In this document: positions 61,520 through 64,000 of the stretch, one piece after another
Layout of the letters: each line of letters opens with the position of its first letter
Position numbering within the stretch: position 1 is the stretch's first letter
Assembly: GCA_965213625.1 (NCBI GenBank)
Contig: CBDBZU010000004.1
Span: 2,304,001 to 2,368,000 of the forward strand
Source: a bacterium
GTDB lineage: Bacteria; UBA8248
Direction of reading: 5' to 3'
DNA length: 64,000 nt
The notes under the pieces: model-generated
The model's database searches: none
What the model was told of the DNA's origin: nothing
What the model saw: the letters and a program-made list of their open reading frames with translations, nothing else
Translations under genes and position numbers: made by a program

Positions 61520-62509
61520 ATGCAGGAAAAAGCGGAAATCCGTAGTAAATACTGGTTGGCGTTGTTTTTGGTTGCGGCGTACACCATTCCTTTCGGCATC
61601 GGTATTTATACGGATAACGTCTTCTTCGATCTTCAGTGGCTGGCGGATCTGACCACCGTCATCCTGAACGGCATTATGCAGGGTGGCGTATACGCCATGT
61701 TCGCTGTAGGGCTCACGCTCATCTTCGGCGTCATGCGCATCATCAACGTGGCGCACGGCGAGCTGGTGATGCTGGGCGCCTACCTGACCTGGATGTTCTT
61801 CTTCTACGTTGGATTCGACCCGCTCCTCGCCTTGTTCATCACGCTCCCCATCGCTTTCGTCATCGGGCTCCTTATCCAGAAGCTGCTGTTGAACGCCGTG
61901 GTGGGTGGGCCGGAACTCACGCCTTTGCTGATAACTTTCGGTATGGGCCTCACGATCATCCATATCGTGGAAGCCATCTTCACCACGGATTACCGCACTA
62001 TTCCATACGCTCCCGACGCGTTCCAGCTCACCGAGACTATCGCGGTGAGCAGGAGCAAGATCATCAGTTTCGTGATGGCCGCCTTTATTTCCATCAGCGT
62101 CTTTGTTTTTCTGAAAATCCACCGCATCGGCAAGGCGATACGCGCGACGGCGCAAAACGCGGACGTCGCTATGGTCTGCGGCATCAACATTTTCCATATT
62201 TACATGATCACCTCGGGACTGGCGGCGGCGCTTGCGGTGGCGGGCGGCGCACTTGTGTCGATTCAGTTCGGCTTCAACCCGGAAACGGGTGTTTTGTATA
62301 CGCTGCAGGCCTTCGCCATCATCGTGCTCGGAGGCAGGGGCCACTATATCGGTGCGCTCATCGGAGGGGTGATGCTCGCGGTCATCGAGAGCCTCATCTC
62401 CTTCATGATCCCCAACGGCACCGCCATGGTGGAAATTGCGTCCTACGGGATGATGGTTTTCGTGCTGCTGATCAGGCCTCGCGGCCTGATGGGGCCGAAA
62501 GAAAACTAG
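61520..62509 (+). CDS. livH: Branched-chain amino-acid ABC permease (LivH type)
   Basis: GLTLIFGVMRIINVAHGE, GKAIRATAQN, IIVLGG.G. Confidence 0.9.
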   Translation: MQEKAEIRSKYWLALFLVAAYTIPFGIGIYTDNVFFDLQWLADLTTVILNGIMQGGVYAMFAVGLTLIFGVMRIINVAHGELVMLGAYLTWMFFFYVGFDPLLALFITLPIAFVIGLLIQKLLLNAVVGGPELTPLLITFGMGLTIIHIVEAIFTTDYRTIPYAPDAFQLTETIAVSRSKIISFVMAAFISISVFVFLKIHRIGKAIRATAQNADVAMVCGINIFHIYMITSGLAAALAVAGGALVSIQFGFNPETGVLYTLQAFAIIVLGGRGHYIGALIGGVMLAVIESLISFMIPNGTAMVEIASYGMMVFVLLIRPRGLMGPKEN

Positions 62510-62520
62510 GAGAGATCTGA

Positions 62521-63459
62521 ATGGGCCAAAAAGAACACCTCCGCAATTTCGGAATGCTGGCCATACTCATCATCATCCTGTGTGCGTTGCCATCGAATAT
62601 CAACCTGTACCAGCGCTCCGTCATCATGTTCACGATGATGTACGTCGTTCTCTCCTTGAGCTGGAACATCATCAGCGGCTATACGGGCTACGTGTCTTTC
62701 GGCCATGTGATGTTCTACGGCATCGGCGCATACGCCACGGGCATTCTGGTGGTGGACTACGGCTGGCACTGGGTTCCGACCCTCTTCATGGGCGTGTTCG
62801 TCTCCTTCGTGGTCTCATTGATAATCGGATTTCCGGTTTTGCGCCTCAAGGGCCCTTATTTCGCTATCGCCATGCTCGGCGCCGCGGAGGGCACGCGCGT
62901 GGTGGCCACGGTGTGGGAAGACCTCACCCACGGTGGCGAGGGAATTGGACTGCCCAACATCGAAAACTCCTTTGAAACGTATTTCGCCATGCTGGTGGTC
63001 ATGCTGGTCACCATTGTCGTTTCCTACTGGGTAGGGCATTCGAGGTTCGGGATCCGCCTGAACGCCATACGTGAGGACGAGATCGCCGCGGAGAGCCTGG
63101 GCATCAACACCACGTTCTATAAACTCTCCGCCTTCGCGCTCTCCGCCATCTTCCCGGCGGCGGCAGGCGGCATTCAGGCGTACAAGGTTCTCTACATCGA
63201 CCCCGAAACCGAGTTCTTCATCCTCGTCACCATCTACATGAAGCTCTTCGCCATGTTCGGCGGCAAGGGCACGGTGATCGGGCCTATTCTGGGCACGTTC
63301 GTCTTGTATATCGTTCAGGAAATCACCTGGGTGAAATTCCCGACGGCTCACCTCATCGCCTTCGGCGTCTTTATCGTCCTCGTGGCCCGGTTCATGCCGC
63401 GCGGATTGATGGGATACGCCATCGATAAGGGTTGGGCGCGCAAGGGAATGGTTCACTAA
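62521..63459 (+). CDS. livM: Branched-chain amino-acid ABC permease (LivM type)
   Basis: SWNIISGYTGYVSFGH, LRLKGPYFAI, AIREDEIAAESLGIN. Confidence 0.9.
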   Translation: MGQKEHLRNFGMLAILIIILCALPSNINLYQRSVIMFTMMYVVLSLSWNIISGYTGYVSFGHVMFYGIGAYATGILVVDYGWHWVPTLFMGVFVSFVVSLIIGFPVLRLKGPYFAIAMLGAAEGTRVVATVWEDLTHGGEGIGLPNIENSFETYFAMLVVMLVTIVVSYWVGHSRFGIRLNAIREDEIAAESLGINTTFYKLSAFALSAIFPAAAGGIQAYKVLYIDPETEFFILVTIYMKLFAMFGGKGTVIGPILGTFVLYIVQEITWVKFPTAHLIAFGVFIVLVARFMPRGLMGYAIDKGWARKGMVH

Positions 63460-63480
63460 GAAACGGAGCAGCGCAAGAAA

Positions 63481-64000
63481 ATGGCCGAAACGGAAATTGC
63501 TCTCGATATTCAGAACCTGAAGAAGTATTTTGGGGGCATCAAGGCGGTGGACGGGTGCACGTTTCAGGTGCCCAAAGGCCAGATATCGGGCCTGATCGGA
63601 CCGAACGGCTCCGGCAAGACCACCACGTTCAACCTGCTCACGGGCGTTCTCGCGGCGGACAGCGGTGAGGTGCTCTATAACGGAGAGAACATCGTCGGCT
63701 TGAGGCCCTATGAAATTTTCAACAGGGGCATAAGCCGTACGTTCCAGATTACGCGCATTTATCGCGAAATGACGGTGTTCGAGAACATGCTTTCCGCATC
63801 GAGCATGAAAATGCCCTTGCGCGAGGCTCGTGCCCGGGCGGAACAGTTGATGGAATTCGTCACGCTCACGAAGCTTCGAGGCGAGTATGGCGGAAACCTC
63901 TCCTACGGACAGCAGAAACTTCTCGAATTCGCCCGCGCCCTGATGACGGACCCCGACCTCATCCTCCTCGATGAACCCGCGGCCGGCGTCAACAGAACCC
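63481..64000 (+). CDS. livG: Branched-chain amino-acid ABC ATPase (LivG type), 3' truncated by the window
   Basis: Translated by eye: [41 protein letters not shown]. Confidence 0.9.
   Translation, partial: MAETEIALDIQNLKKYFGGIKAVDGCTFQVPKGQISGLIGPNGSGKTTTFNLLTGVLAADSGEVLYNGENIVGLRPYEIFNRGISRTFQITRIYREMTVFENMLSASSMKMPLREARARAEQLMEFVTLTKLRGEYGGNLSYGQQKLLEFARALMTDPDLILLDEPAAGVNRT

Overview
Window from a GC-rich bacterium that appears to use selenocysteine. Core and metabolic genes include a 2-oxoacid/acetoin dehydrogenase E1 alpha/beta pair split by an IS1182, nrdJ, pyc, lpdA, a class IV aminotransferase, acyl-CoA dehydrogenase, a FadF-like oxidoreductase, a dpp-type ABC transporter, dacB, recJ, moaD/moaE, tRNA-Ala(CGC) and a liv-type ABC locus with three tandem binding proteins. 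Accessory blocks are interleaved: an adenine-deaminase-like/SDR/sugar-ABC cluster (3.9-10.3 kb), a visibly lower-GC block (about 13-27 kb; RND pump, Zn-ADH, queF, Xdh-family subunit) and a TA/defence-like patch (mazEF, DUF5131, an AT-rich PD-(D/E)xK-like gene, dinJ with a dead yafQ). Main highlights: (1) an array of four ~103-107-nt two-hairpin units directly downstream of nrdJ, with an invariant G-rich core and covarying stems, a candidate undescribed structured-RNA array; (2) an internally deleted IS1111-type element whose non-coding end carries guide-like matches to its own target (a GTAG REP) and donor junction; (3) two UGA-split selenoprotein genes (CxxU AhpD-like, UxxC peroxiredoxin-like) with SECIS-like hairpins at identical spacing; (4) a solo, very acidic small peptide with its own promoter and terminator; (5) a 39-bp near-perfect inverted repeat pair 17.6 kb apart. 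All calls were made by eye; no database searches were run.
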